Assembly (NCBI RefSeq): GCF_006345805.1
Contig: NC_043008.1
Span: forward strand, 35,836,001 to 35,900,000
Source: Octopus sinensis
Taxonomy: Eukaryota
Reading direction: 5' to 3'
DNA length: 64,000 nt
The translations under genes were made by a program, and so were the position numbers. Position 1 is the first letter of the stretch; each line of letters starts with the position of its first letter. This document shows, piece after piece, positions 22,957-36,831 of the stretch. Under the pieces are notes generated by a model. The model saw only the letters and a list, made by a program, of their open reading frames with translations, did not search any database and was not told the origin of the DNA.

Positions 22957-24441
22957 AAAAAAAAACTTCAAGAAAGGTCAGTAACATCTTCATAAAAGAT
23001 TTGATATTTAAAAAATCACCTTTACACTTCAAAAACTGTATTAATATATATCGTCATCATCATTTAACATCCATTGTCCATGCTGATATGGGTTGGACAG
23101 TTTGACTGGGCTGGCATGCTAGAAGACTACACCAGACTCCAATCTGATTTGGCATGGTTTTCCATGGCTGGATGCCCTTCCTAATGCCAACTACTCAGAG
23201 TGTAATGGGTGCTATTATGTGCCAATCTGCACGACACTGGTATCTGCCATGACTGCGATTTTGCTCAGCTTGATGGGTCTTCTCAAACATGACATATATA
23301 TATATATCTCAATGGCAAAGGGTGATTAGGAAACTAGGGCATGAAGTCCACCCCATCCCACACTTGGGGGAGGAGGGCGAGTATTCCACCCTCCCCAGTT
23401 TTCCATGAAAAGTGCTGTATTATATGCTTGAGATAACTTATTTCTAATATCATTACTTACTCTATGGAAACTGAATAGTACACTTGGATTTACCAAGCAA
23501 GAATTATAACCAGAGTCTAGCAACTTATTAATTCAGGTATCACCAAAGATTCGCTGTGGTCAGCCAGCATATGAGGAAACACAGTAATTGCCAGGATTAT
23601 ATATCCCTTTGAACTCATTTTGGTATATGTATATATGCTTTGAGATTCTGAAAATGGAAACAGTTTCCCCACCTATGATGCACCGTTTTGAAGTGGTTAG
23701 AAAGACATGAGAAATGTATATACAAACATTTCCAAAATATAAACAAGAATCCTGTGATTAGTGCGCAAAAAATTTTTGAAACTGCCCCTTGATATAAACA
23801 GTATCAAATTTAATTAGCTCGTTTCAATAAGTTTTTCACTAATTAATTACTACTCAAAAACCTTTGAAATGGAAATACTTCTAATATCACAACCATATTG
23901 AGGTGGTGAGCTGGCAGGGTTGTTAGCAAGTTGGACAAGATGCTTTGCAGTATTTTGCCCGCACTTGTGCTACGAGGTGAAAGTCTGCCAGGGTTGGCTT
24001 TTCTTTTCATCCATTCAGAGTCGATAAATTAAGTTCCAGTCAAGCACTGGGGTTGATGTAATCGACTAGACCCATTCCCCAAAAATTTCAGTCCTTATGG
24101 CTGCTTTAGAAAGGAATATCATAGTCATATTGAACCATGCCTATTTTGAAAGAGCATTTTATATAGAAACAAAATCAGAAAAATATTTTCTAAAAACAAT
24201 GTGCTTTTTTCAGTGGAGTCTAACACAGCAAAGCTGATTAAAAAAAAAAAAGCATAAGACAGATCATTCTAATTTTTTTGGCATTTTTTATAATTATAAC
24301 TTTTTTCTAAGATAAAACAGCAGTTCACAAATTTTGGGCTGTTTTTTACTGCTTCCTTGATTTTTTTTTTATAGTATCTTATGTGTCACTGTAATAAAGA
24401 TAAAATATACAAGCTAAAGTAAATTTTGATCAGTTTTTTTT

Positions 24442-24523
24442 TATAGATGTTTTCGCTCTAGTTTGGATTCTTTGCCATCAAATTTAATGGCAAAGAATCC
24501 AAACTAGATCGAAAACATCTATA
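24442..24523. repeat. 82-bp near-perfect palindrome in ALDH2 intron 13
   Basis: 37-bp arms 24442-24478 / 24487-24523 with one mismatch and an 8-nt spacer. Confidence 0.95.
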
Positions 24524-24934
24524 ATAAAAAAAAAATTAGGTGCTTTTTTTATTTGAAGAATTTTAATTATTTGTATCATTTTATTTTATAAGTATGTAGG
24601 ATTATCGTCAAATCCTCAAAGTCAACAAACTTGGCCTATTCTTGGAAAAAAAACTGTCAACGGGGGGATATATTACTTTATGTGGAAACATGTGAAGCTC
24701 TGTGAGAGGAAGAGCATGCAATAATAAAAATCTACCTCAAATCTGACCCAACTCATGCAAGCATGGAAAAGAGGATGTTAAAACGAAGAATGAGGACTAC
24801 AATTTTAGTTATACAAATACAGACCAATGTAAACTAGATCCAGTCATAATTGCCTCAGTGCTTGCTGAAAATTTAACAATGTCTCCTCACTCTAATAACA
24901 TTTGTACTGAAATAATACATCGGTGTGTACTCAC

Positions 24935-25049
24935 AGTTTTCACTTCAGTGTAATTTTCAAGTCCATATTCTCCAAGTTCTCGTCCATTTCCTGACATCTT
25001 GTAGCCACCAAAAGGTGCAGCAGTATCCAAAACATCAAAGCAGTTGACC
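24935..25049 (-). CDS. ALDH2: ALDH2 exon 13: (W)[38 protein letters not shown]
   Basis: TTTTAG|G GTC...ACT|GTGAGT, 115 nt. Confidence 0.97.
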
Positions 25050-25257
25050 CTAAAAATGACAGAATAAACATAAAAAGATCCCCCAACACAAAGAAAACTC
25101 CCTAAATATCATCTCCATTATTAAACATCAGTATATTTCAACAGGAATCCTCATCTTGGATGAGTTTAGCCACTGTGCCCTCTGGTGCCTTACACATTCA
25201 GAATTTCAAACCAATCCTTTATTCAAACAAAGTGCATTGTTCTGAAATGCACCATCT

Positions 25258-25830
25258 TTAACCCTTTAACTTTTAAACTGGGTGTATCCAGCCCAGAAAT
25301 TCTACCTGTTTTAGGTTCAAATTGACTAGATACAACCTCTCACACCTATCCTACAATGTCATTCTAAAATTAATCACATCATCAAAATCTTTAGAAACCT
25401 CATATTTGACAGAGAAATCTGAATATTAATGGGTTAACCCTTTTCTTACCATATTTCTGTTGAGATACCCTGTATTTCTTTCAATTAATTTTAAATATAA
25501 CAAAGAATTAGTAAAATAATTTAGTTTATCATTAAGCTAGTGTTAGGAACATAAATTGTGACTAAGGTTTGGTGGAAGATTTTAATTCAGAACTTTTGAA
25601 AATAAGACTTTTGTACAACAGAGCCAGAGGCGGTTTCAGGCGGGTTGGTATCAAAAGGGTTAAGTTAATTTTGAAAATAATGAAGAATTTAGTAAAAAAA
25701 ATAAACTCATTAAGCTGGTCTCTGGAACATAAATTAACAAATTTTAATGCGAGTTTTTAACTTAGATTATTTTATAATAGGAAAGTCTGTATCAGAACCA
25801 AGAACAGTTTCAGACTGGTTGGTCACAAAA
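25258..25830. mobile_element. TTAA-bounded MITEs (TTAACCCTTT...GGGTTAA type); relatives at about 31395-31610, 44300-44487, 52620-52725
   Basis: Recurrent TTAACCC / GGGTTAA termini and shared internal sequence. Confidence 0.6.
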
Positions 25831-26821
25831 GGAGCAACAGGTGAAATAAAAGATTCTAGTCTGAATATAATAATAATATATTGATTATTAAATGAAAGGA
25901 AAATTAAAAATGATAAAGACTATCACCATTATTTCCTACATCATCGTCATTATCATGACCCCAATATAGGAGCCTAGAGTCATCTAAGCTACTAGACATA
26001 GTAGTCAAATTTCACTGAAAGTACATCACCTTAGGAAATGTAAGATATCTAAGATTATGATAATGTAGTACAAGACATGATGCCAGCAAAGGACATGGAA
26101 TGGTCATAACTGGAATGTCTGATTATGGGTCTATTCAATCAAGAGACCAAATAATCCTTTCTACTATAGGTACAAGGCTTGAAATTTTGGAGGAGGGGTT
26201 AGTTGATTACATCAACCCAAAAAAGACAAAAGGCAAAGTTGCCCTTGCAGAATTTGAACCAAGAACGTAAAGATGGACAAAATGTTGCTAAGCATTTTGT
26301 CCAGCATGATAATTCTGCTAACTTGTCACCTTCAAGAGACCAGATGACAACATTATCACCATTATGTGTGATCACATGGGTTCAGTAAGAGATTTCTGTA
26401 ATGAATATAGTTCAATCACTATTGAAACCAAAACTATTTCATTTTATTTGGTATATACAATTAGTCCAAATTAATTTATACATTACATTCAGTCTTTTGT
26501 AAGACAGAGAGAAATGTGGTATATTTGGCTATTATTTCTAACAGCTCAAATGATTACTTCTATCATCTACATTGTCATCATCCAGAAGAAAAGAACTGTG
26601 TTGTATTAATACAACAAAGTCATGCCTGTGCCTAGATTCTTGGAACGCAATACTGGGTTCAGATCTTTTTGCAGAACTGGATCATAACTGGGACTCTCCT
26701 GGAACAGATGATAGAGGAAGGGTCAGCAATTTCTTGCTGAACAACCAGCACTGAGGATTTGTTTATGGCAACTGAATGTTTGTGCTGTACATAAGCTCAC
26801 TACCTCTATCAAATTGACATT

Positions 26822-27049
26822 ACCTATTTCTTCACTACCCACAAGGGGCTAAACACAGAAGGGACAAACAAGGACAGACAAACGGATTAAGTCGATTATA
26901 TCGACCCCAGTGCATAACTGGTACTTAATTTATCGACCCCGAAAGGATGAAAGGCAAAGTCGACCTCGGCGGATTTTGAACTCAGAATGTAACGGCAGAC
27001 AAAATACCGCTGAGTATTTCGCCCGGCGTGCTAACGTTTCTGCCAGCTC
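26822..27049 (-). mobile_element. SINE family A copy with alternative 3' tail and 11-bp TSD
   Basis: AAATTGACATT (26811-26821) / AAATTGATATT (27050-27060); tRNA head, CORE-like domain, tail ...GCCCCTTGTGGGTAGTGAAGAAATAGGT. Confidence 0.9.
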
Positions 27050-27427
27050 AAATTGATATTGCCTGTACAGGTGCATGGTGTGCCGCACGTTAGGTGCCAA
27101 AGTGGTCACAGAGCATTGTGTAACAAAGGGTTTTGCTCAGGAATATTATGCTTCTCTCATTCTGCGAATTGAAACTCTGATCTTGCAATCATGAGTGCAA
27201 CACCCTGACTACTTAGTCATATGCCCTTGTGGACCATAGCAAGCATCAAGAATCCAGCCCTGTTTTCAATTCTCTCTACTCCATTTCAAAATTGGCTGAA
27301 AAATGAATAAATGGTGCATGGATGCCAAGGAGATAAAAATAATGTGCTGGGTTCTCAGTTCAACAATAAACAAGTTTGTTTATCAAATGGTTCAACTGGG
27401 ATCATTAAAACAAATTCGTTAAATTAC

Positions 27428-27585
27428 CAAACAGTTCCTGCTCTGAGTGAGTTTGATATGTGAAGTGCTTTGTCAAGATCTGTTGTCATAACAGCAGCAG
27501 CCAAGCCATATATGGTGTTGTGAGCCCTCTCAATTAACTCGTTCATATCACGGAATTTCATTATCTGCATTACTGGACCAAAGAT
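27428..27585 (-). CDS. ALDH2: ALDH2 exon 12: [52 protein letters not shown](W)
   Basis: TCTCAG|ATC...TG|GTAATT, 158 nt. Confidence 0.97.
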
Positions 27586-28454
27586 CTGAGAAAAGAAATA
27601 TGGTAACAAGATCAATTCTCAGGCTATTTACCAAACAAAAATTCATTAAGAAAGTTTATAGCCAAGACTTGATGAAGATATATTTAAGTTTGTCAGTGGT
27701 TAGTTACTATTTTGTCTTGCTAAAAAGATAAAAAAAAAACACCCAACAAAAATACAGGCATGAAATATTTAGTTAGGTGAAATGAGAGACTGTAATAATC
27801 ATTCTTTTTCCAAGGATATCGGATACAATTGTAAATCAAAATTAGATTATAGGTTTCTGTAAAGATAATTGATAATCTATTACCAATATCAATATTTTAA
27901 TCCATTACATGTAAAGATTAGCAGGACTGAACTGGAGGAGAAAAAAAAAGTTGGTGGGGGATGCTTTTATTCAAGTTTTACTCAAATTTTTGAAAATTTA
28001 CTTTTGTAACATCAACGTGTATATCCTAGATATCTACACATTAGCAATTCCTCTTATGAATGCCTCTCCATCAAATAACATCACCAAGGTATCTTAACAA
28101 ATATAGTCTTTCAAATTCCTGATGCCTCAATATTTACAGAATCAGTATCAATAAAAGATGAGCATGAAATAGTATAAGTCAGACAAGTTTAAACTTTAAA
28201 CAAAAATCAACACCCAAAGAGTAATGAAAGATAAAAAAAATATGAGCAGCCAAACAATGGGACTCAAACTCAAGACAAATACATTTTTTAATCTTCTTTC
28301 ATCTACTAATTATGTTCATTACACTTCTTTGAATGAAAGTTGTCACCAACTGTTCAAAATTAACCATCAATAAATTAAGTGAAAATAACTAAATGGTCAT
28401 TAGAAAATGATAGTTATTTTGACAGAATCTACACGTTATGTATATGATTCAACA

Positions 28455-29270
28455 CAATAATAATCCTTTTATACCAGAGACACAATGCTTGAAATTTTGA
28501 GGGAGGGGGGGCCAATCAATTTAATTGACCTTGGTATTTGATTTATGCTTATTTTACTGACCCTGAAAGCATGACCTTGGCAGAATTTGGACATAGAATG
28601 TAAAGCTGAAAAAAATTGCTATTCAGCATTCTATCCAATAATATTTTCTACTATAGGCACAGGGCTTGAAATTTGGTAATTATTTTATTGACCCTAAAAG
28701 GATGAAAGGCAAAGTTGACCTGGGGTGGAATTAGAATTCGGAATGTAAAAACAGACAAAATACTACTAGGCATTTTGCCCAGTGTGCTAACTTTTCTACC
28801 AGCTCACTGCCTTTATAATAATAATCCTTTCTACTATAGGCACAAGGCCTGAAAATTGGAGGAGGGGGACAGTCAATTACATCGATCCCAGTACTCAACT
28901 GGTTCTTAATTCACTGACCCCAAAAGGTTGAATGGCAAAGTTGATCTCCGTGACATTTGAACTCGGAACAAAGACAGATAAAATACAGGTAAGTATTTCA
29001 CCCAGTGTACTAACGATTCAGCCAGCTCACTACCTTAATAATAATGATAATAATCCTTTCTACGATAGGCACAAGGCCTGAAATTGGGGGGAGGGGTTAA
29101 GTCGACTATATTGACCACAGTGTTTCACTGATAATTTATTGACCTCCCCACAAAAGGATGAAAGGCAAAGTCAACCGTGGTGGGATTTGAACACAAAACA
29201 AAGGCAGATGAAATACTGCTAAGCATTTTGCACCGCATGCTAACGATTCTATCAGATCACTGCCTTAATA
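28455..29270 (-). mobile_element. Head-to-tail cluster of four SINE A copies; similar cluster at about 35685-36660
   Basis: Repeated TAATCCTTTCTACTATAGGCACAAGGCCTGAAATT...GATGAAAGGCAAAGT...CACTGCCTT blocks. Confidence 0.85.
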
Positions 29271-30727
29271 ATGATAATAAAAATAAACTTGTGCTCAGGT
29301 GCCTAAAAAAAAAAAAATTATGGAATTCTACACAAATTTCTGCCTCATTTATATGAAGGCCAATCTAATCTGTATATTATTCCAATGTGAGTATATGTAC
29401 TGCTGAAGCAAGTACATATATTTATTATGATAAACTGTCAAATTGTAATGAAATCCAAGTTAAATAGTGTCAATAAACTGTACACAAAAATAGGAAAACA
29501 AACTTCAGCAGATTGTCAACATAAAGCAAATTAGAGAGGAAACTCCTCTAATTTCTCTGCTATCCTTGTAATCCTAAAGATAAAAAAAACAATGACAACA
29601 GTTAATGAAATAAGTAGTGGCTGTATATGTTATTAACAAAACTATGTTTATCATAAAAAGACATCCACACCACACACCCTTTCTCAATACCATTACTGTG
29701 CATTGAATTTCACAGCACTTTCTGATTACATTTATTTAAACACAACTTCAGTAAATATGCTGTGTATGTATGTATGCATGCATGTCAGGTCACTCTTGGT
29801 GGTACTGGAAATATGTAACCTGATACAACTTGTCACATGCAGGATGAAAAACAAAACCTGTGACCGGACAAAATAAAATCAATGGTCATTATCTAACAAC
29901 TGGAACTGAGAGGCTCTGAGTCATTCTTCAAGCTGCTCATCATCATCATCATCATCATCGTTTTCCATGCTAGCATGGGTTGGACGGTTCAACTAGGGTC
30001 TGGGAAGCCAGAAGGCTGCACCAGGCCCAGTCTGATCTGGCAGTGTTTCTACAGCTGGATGCCCTTCCTAACGCCAACCACTCCATGAGTGTAGTGGGTG
30101 CTTTTTACGTGCCACCGGCACAGGTGCTAGATGAGGCTGGCAAACGACCACGATCGGATGGTGCTTTTTACGTGTCACTGGCACGGAGGCCAAATTTTGA
30201 AATAAAATCTGCTTCACTGCAGAGAATGACATCGTGCTCTAACTTGGCTTTGTAGGTGAGAGTCTAAGCAGTGCTGTACTTGTCAACTTTTAAATTTCAG
30301 CATGGGCATTGATGTGAGCCACTGTCTTTAACATCTAGAATAAGAATTTGTCGGTGATGGCCACTCTCATCTACAAGTTGACAGCTACGATGTTTATATG
30401 TATGGGAGTGTAATTTAAAATAAAAACGAAAAAATTAAAAATGAACAAATTCAAATATTTAGAGATACATAAATACACACAAAAGTCATTACGTGAGTTG
30501 AGTGAGTGAGTGAGCGAGCGAGCATGTGCATGTCGAGCAAGGACTAGTTTTATCCTAATTAGCAAATTACATCCTCATGATCATATTTGGATTCTTGTCA
30601 GAGTAAGACTTAATTTTACTAATTTGGAGGGAGAGGTTGAAGGAAAATAACCACAGCAGTAATTATGTGCAATTGTCTAACAGTTACACTCAATCAATTA
30701 ATAAATAGTGAATTTCCAATAGCTTAC

Positions 30728-30892
30728 TTCTTCTTGGGCAATCCTCATGTTATCTTGTACATCAGCAAATACAGTTGGCTGCAAGAAATACCCTTTATCA
30801 CCATGTCTGGCACCACCTGTACATAGTTTTGCTCCTTCTTGTTTACCACTTTCAATCAGAGAAAGGATCTTTGTCAGTTGTTCCTGGTCAAC
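30728..30892 (-). CDS. ALDH2: ALDH2 exon 11: [55 protein letters not shown]
   Basis: TAACAG|GTT...GAA|GTAAGC, 165 nt. Confidence 0.97.
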
Positions 30893-31631
30893 CTGTTAAA
30901 AGGTGTTAATATGACATGGAACTAATAGGCCAAAATCAGAAAAGCAACAGAAAATTATAACACACACATCTATCTCTGTCTGTCTCTCTATGTAAATACT
31001 AAAAGTCATACCCATATCATTCGGATATAGAAAGAAACCATTAACTTCAAAATGTCTACATACAATACTAGAAACCAGTTCAATGCACTAAATAATCCAC
31101 ATTTTATATTTTTTTTTATAAGAAGATATCTAAATGACCAATTGAATAATCAAGACTGATATTTATTATTATTATTATTATTTACTTTGAAAACCCTAAC
31201 AATCACAAGCAAAAAAGCATATTCTATCCCAGTAGTTCCCAACCTCGGGTCTACAAAAGGTAATACTGGGGGTCCGTGAACTAATTCAAAATTTCATATG
31301 TATATAACTGTTGAACTGTTAAGTTACATAACATAAACAGAGGGCATACCCAAGCCTGGGCCTGGACAGAGATACAGAGAAAGGGCTATTATAACATTTT
31401 GGCCCTTTAACATTTAAACTGGCCACATCTGGCCCAAGTATTCTATTTTATGTTCAAACTGGGCTATCACACCTACCCTATAATGCCATTCTAAAAATAA
31501 ACAATGACATAATCGAAATTTTGAAGCTATGAGATAATATATAATTCAAAACAATGTGAATAAATAAGCATAACATTTGACAGAGTAATCTGAATGCTAA
31601 AAGGGTGAGATAAAATACTAGAAGCACTCAC

Positions 31632-31816
31632 CTGTGGACCTTGTTCAGAAGAACGATCAAAAGGATCTCCAACTACTTTCCGTCTAGCTCGCTCAACACT
31701 GCGTTCAACAAATTCATCGTAGACCTTTTCCTCTACAAATATTCTGGAACCGGCACAGCAACACTGACCTTGGTTGAAGAACAGACCGAGGTGGCAAGTC
31801 TCAACAGCAAGATCCA
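31632..31816 (-). CDS. ALDH2: ALDH2 exon 10: (M)[61 protein letters not shown]
   Basis: TTTCAG|TG GAT...CAG|GTGAGT, 185 nt; catalytic Cys. Confidence 0.97.
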
Positions 31817-32780
31817 CTGAAAAATGGCATGAGAAATTCAATCAGAAGAAGATCATGTTATAAAAACATGAAACATCAACTAAATAAATGGGTGTGGTCA
31901 AAAGGTGCACAACAACTGTATGGCTAAGGTACTGGACTACAGCCATTGATAAGTGAAACAATGAGGGAGATTTCTACAAAGGCTGCTCGACCTGCAGGAA
32001 ACAACAAAATCTCCCTCTTTTAATCATACAATAACCATCTTAAAAAGAGAGGACATATACGAAAACATGGTCCTAGACACACTGAATAAAGTATAAATGG
32101 AATGGGCATATCTGAAATGCCTTTGGTTGTGGATATGCCTATTTAGAGTTCAACTGGGGCTAAATGACCACAACCACCATACAGAGAACCTCTCTGTAGT
32201 GGTTTGACATGCTATAAATAGTAGCTAAATTATTCTCAAATCACACCCTAATGATTTCTATAAGAACAGGCGACATTAACTAATGAAGTCCTACACAGCC
32301 TAAAAGACAAGATGGCTATGGTTATAATGCTTTGGATTATAGGTTGCCTGCTCAGTAATGGTTGACCTGGGGTTAAACAACAAGTATCTATGAAGGCAAA
32401 CTCATTAGCTTTTATGAAAGGTTAACCATCTGTTAGCATATTTAACCTTCACAGGGAGGATAATAGATGAAACTTTCACATTGGAATCGTATTGAGATTA
32501 GTAAACTGAAGAATTGTTTCACAAACTCCTCCTCTGTTACACAAAGATGGTCATCATTATGCTTTTAACATACCTTTCATCATGCTTGTATGGGTGGACA
32601 GGATTTACTCTTTACTCTTTTTGTTACATGTTTAAGTCATTTGACTGCGGCCATGCTGGAGCACCGCCTTTAGTCGAGTAAATCAAGCCTAGTACTTATT
32701 CTATTGGTCTCTTTTACCGAACCGCTAAGTTATGGGGACGTTAACACACCAGCATCAGTTATCAAGGGATGTTGGGGGGA

Positions 32781-32829
<49 letters not shown>

Positions 32830-32856
32830 CACACACACACACACATACATACATAC

Positions 32857-32893
<37 letters not shown>

Positions 32894-33443
32894 CACGACA
32901 GGCTTCTTTCAGTTTCCATCAACCAAATCCACTCACAAGGCTCTGGTCGGCCTGAGGCTATAGTAGAAGACACTTACCCAAGGTGCCACACAGTAGCACT
33001 GAACCCAGGACTATGTGGTTGGTAAGCAAGCTACTTACCATACAGCCACTCCTGCGCCTGTTGAAGATTTTCTACAGCCTGATGCCCTTCCTGTCACTAA
33101 CCCTCATACTTCCAAGTAAAGTAATATTTCTCAACAACCAGACATGTTTCCATGGAAGATTTGAAACAAAGGACACTGCATGCATGGTGGTGACACTCGT
33201 TTACAACTATCAAGTGATACCAAGACAAAGAGACAGTAACATGCATACGAACACATTATCTATACATGACAGGTTTTTTTTTGTTTTAGTTCCCATCAAC
33301 AAAATCCACTGACAAGGCTTTGATCAGCCTGAGGTGATAATAGAACATGCTTATTCAAGGTGTCATGTAGTGGGACTGAACCCAGAAACTTCTTACTACA
33401 TAGCTATGCATGCATTCAGAATATTACTAGTTAAGGCTTAGAT

Positions 33444-33607
33444 CAGTGGTTTCCAACTTGGGGTCTGCAAAGGAAGTACTGAGTGGGGGTCCATGAACAA
33501 AATTCAAAATTTCATATGTGTGTGTGTATGTGTGTGTGTATAAGGATAAGCATATTAAAGGGATCCATGGGGAAAACTCATTTAAATAAAAGGGTTGGGA
33601 ACCACGA
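33444..33607. mobile_element. hAT-like MITE with 8-bp TSD; partial relative at about 31230-31310
   Basis: CAGTGGTTTCCAAC...GTTGGGAACCACG termini; GCTTAGAT / GCTCAGAT flanks. Confidence 0.7.
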
Positions 33608-33794
33608 GCTCAGATCTATTAATACTCAAGAGTCTAAGCAAAAGGAAGATTTTAAATTTTTTTTGTAATTTCAGCAATCATTTTCTTGATAACAAGCAGT
33701 GTAGGATTTTTAAACAAATCCAGAGATAAAAGATGGATTTTAAATACAGTTCAAACAGTTTTAAACAATTCTATAAAAGAAATGCATTGCTTAC

Positions 33795-33897
33795 TATTGG
33801 CATCAGCAAATACTATATTTGGACTTTTACCACCAAGTTCCAAAGTTACTCTTTTTAAATTACTCTCTGTGGCCATGACTGAAACAATTTTCCCAAT
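33795..33897 (-). CDS. ALDH2: ALDH2 exon 9: [34 protein letters not shown](M)
   Basis: TTTCAG|ATT...AAT A|GTAAGC, 103 nt; carries the general-base Glu (ELGGKSP). Confidence 0.97.
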
Positions 33898-34536
33898 CTG
33901 AAAATCAAAAATGAATAATTAAAACAGTTGAACAAAGAAATCTCTTTAAAAAATTGAAATTACTTTTATATCACAAGATGATGAGATTAGCATTTCTGGT
34001 AAAGGCCTTTGTTGTAGATTAGCCATGAACCATAAATTAGTATCTTTTTTCACCACTAAGTCAAAGAAGGAAAAACCTCATGCTTGATTTTTTTTAGGGT
34101 CTGTGAAACTGGTACTAAGAAGCAGGGAATTTATCCTTAAACCAGGGAGATAGCTCAACAGAGATAATTTTTACATCGACTTTCCCATGCTCATATGGAC
34201 CGGACAGAATTTACTAAGGTAGATTCCTTTGACCAGATACCCTTCCTGTTGCCAACACTAGTCTGCTTCCAAACAAGTAAACACGTTTTTTCATAAATTT
34301 ATGTGCATGCGCACATACACATTTAAATACTGTCTGCCAAATCCACACAGGCCCCAGGGCTTATCATAGAAGGTAACAATGGGAATGAACCCAAAACCAC
34401 ATGGTTGGGAGCCTATAAAGAAATCAAGCAAAAACTTTCTCTTGAAAGTTTGTAAAATTCTTATGATGTAAAATACCTGCAAAATTACCAAATTTACCAA
34501 AAAAAGAAAAAGAAAACCCAAAATAAGATGACCTAC

Positions 34537-34650
34537 TTCAGTAGAACCAGTAAAAGCAATTTTATCAACATCCATGTGTTTAGCAAGAGCAGCTCCAGCT
34601 GTTGGCCCATAGCCAGGGACAATATTCAGAACACCAGGAGGATAACCAGC
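34537..34650 (-). CDS. ALDH2: ALDH2 exon 8: [38 protein letters not shown]
   Basis: TTTTAG|GCT...GAA|GTAGGT, 114 nt. Confidence 0.97.
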
Positions 34651-35323
34651 CTAAAAAAGAAAAAAAAAAACCCAAAAAAACTGTACCATATTTTCCAGCA
34701 AACAAATTGAATTTACAGTACAAAAAAAAGTCATATAAGGCAACTTTAGAGGACTGAACATTTAATGTGAAGTGTAGCAGGATTTGGAAGGATAGTAATA
34801 ATGCTTGAATGTTTACATTACATGCCTACATTATATGCCACAATGACTTGTATGCCAGAAAACATGCTAAGATATCTTACAAATTCATGGCTTTTTACAA
34901 TGCAAAGATGAACACAACAAAGACTGCAATGTACATATTTTTTTTATAGCTATAGTTGGGGAGATCGATCAGTTGCCAGTTAAGGAGAAATCAGGTCATG
35001 ATTAGTTTTCATGGTAAAACTTTAAAAACTATTACTGACTAGTTTTAGATAAAATCTTATGGATAAACTTTTTTATATTTAATGATATTCTTTGTGTGTT
35101 ATCTAAAACCCTAAGCTGTATCACTGCTGTCACACATCCTAAGCTTCACCATCAATGTTGAAGAAGTTTACAGTTCTGGGTCAGAAGCAGAAAAACCTAA
35201 TAGAATTTTTTTTTAATCTGAAAATCAAATTTAAACCGAACTAACTATACCAGTTGGTATTTTCAAATTAATAAAGAAGGGTATTTCTTTTTTAATGGAA
35301 GCGTGAAAAATACAAAACCTTAC

Positions 35324-35452
35324 CTCTACAGCAAGCTGTGCAATATAAAGAGCACTGAGGGGTGTCTGCTCAGCTGTTTTCATCACAACTGTGTTTCCTA
35401 GAGCCAGGGCAGGTCCAAGCTTCCATGCTTGCATCAACAAAGGGAAGTTCCA
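35324..35452 (-). CDS. ALDH2: ALDH2 exon 7: [43 protein letters not shown]
   Basis: TTTCAG|TGG...GAG|GTAAGG, 129 nt; lies in ORF 35231..35488. Confidence 0.97.
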
Positions 35453-35651
35453 CTGAAATGTTAAGACAAATTTCAATAATGGCATCAACCATTGTTTTAT
35501 TTTAACAAATGTAGGAAAGTCTTTAAGAAAGCAAATCTAGGAATTCTCATCTGGGAATTCCGATTACCAGGTGGAATCATTGAACTGGTTCTACAAGGGA
35601 TTCAAAAGAGGTTAGTTAGTTTAAGATCTTACTGTCACATAGCAGTAGTAC

Positions 35652-35687
<36 letters not shown>

Positions 35688-36831
35688 TTCTAATTTAAGC
35701 AGGTCAGCAATCGGGGGGGGGGGTCAAGAGTCTGCTAATTACAGTGATCCTAGTATTTGACTGGCACTATTTTATTGACCCCCAGCAGAGATGAAAAGAT
35801 GAAATAGGTTAGATTTGAACTCAGAAAATGAAGAACTACAAGAAGCACCACAAAGGAATTCACCACTCAAGTAATAATAATCCTTCCTTATTTTGGCACA
35901 AGGCCAGCAATTTTGAAGGGTAAGGAAGTCAATTGCATCAACCCCAGCACTCAACTGATGCTGATTTTATAGACTTCCATGGAATTTGAACTCAGAACAA
36001 AGACAGATGAAATACCATGAAGCATTTTGTTCAGTATGCTAATGATTCTGCCACCTTGCCACATTCTTAATAATGGGTTCAAATTTTGGCCCAAGGCCAC
36101 CAATTTGGTAGGAGGGAACAAGAGGATTACATCCCCCACAGTGCTCAACTGTTTATTTTATTGACCCTGAAAGGATGGAAAGTAAAATTGACCTTGGTGG
36201 AATTTGAACTCAAAACCTAAAGGCAGGCGAAATACCACTAAGCATTTTGACCAGGGTGATAATTCTGCAAGCTTGTTGCTTTTTTTGTTTTTTAATTTAT
36301 AATAATCCTTTGTAGTAAGGACACAAGGCCTGCAATTTTGGGGGAGGGCTCAAGTCAATTACATCAACCTCAGTGTTCAACTGGTAATAAACTTTTCTTT
36401 AACCATTAAGGGTTCACAAAAAAACATTGTGGATAGTACAGGACAATACACTGTGGAGTTACATAAAAGGAATGTAAAAAGTAAAAACAGTAACAAAAAA
36501 TTATAACTATAACAGTTTCCAATCTAAGAAAAGGATTAGAAATTTTAGGGAGGGTAGGTGTGGTTGACTACAATGACCCCAGTACTTGACTGATACTTTT
36601 CTTTGACAATACTGAAAGAATGAAAGGCAAAGTTGACCTAGGCAGGATTTCAAGTTAGAAGCCAGAACAAAGACCTTTTCTTCCAAGCAAACAAATGAGA
36701 TGAGAGAAGCCTTTACAGAGTTATTAGACAGGTTTGTAGAACCAAACAAAATCTTCCTCTAATCAGACCCTCCTGCCTTATCTTTTTTTTAGGGTGTAGC
36801 TGTGTGGTAAAAAGTTTACTTCCCAACCTGT

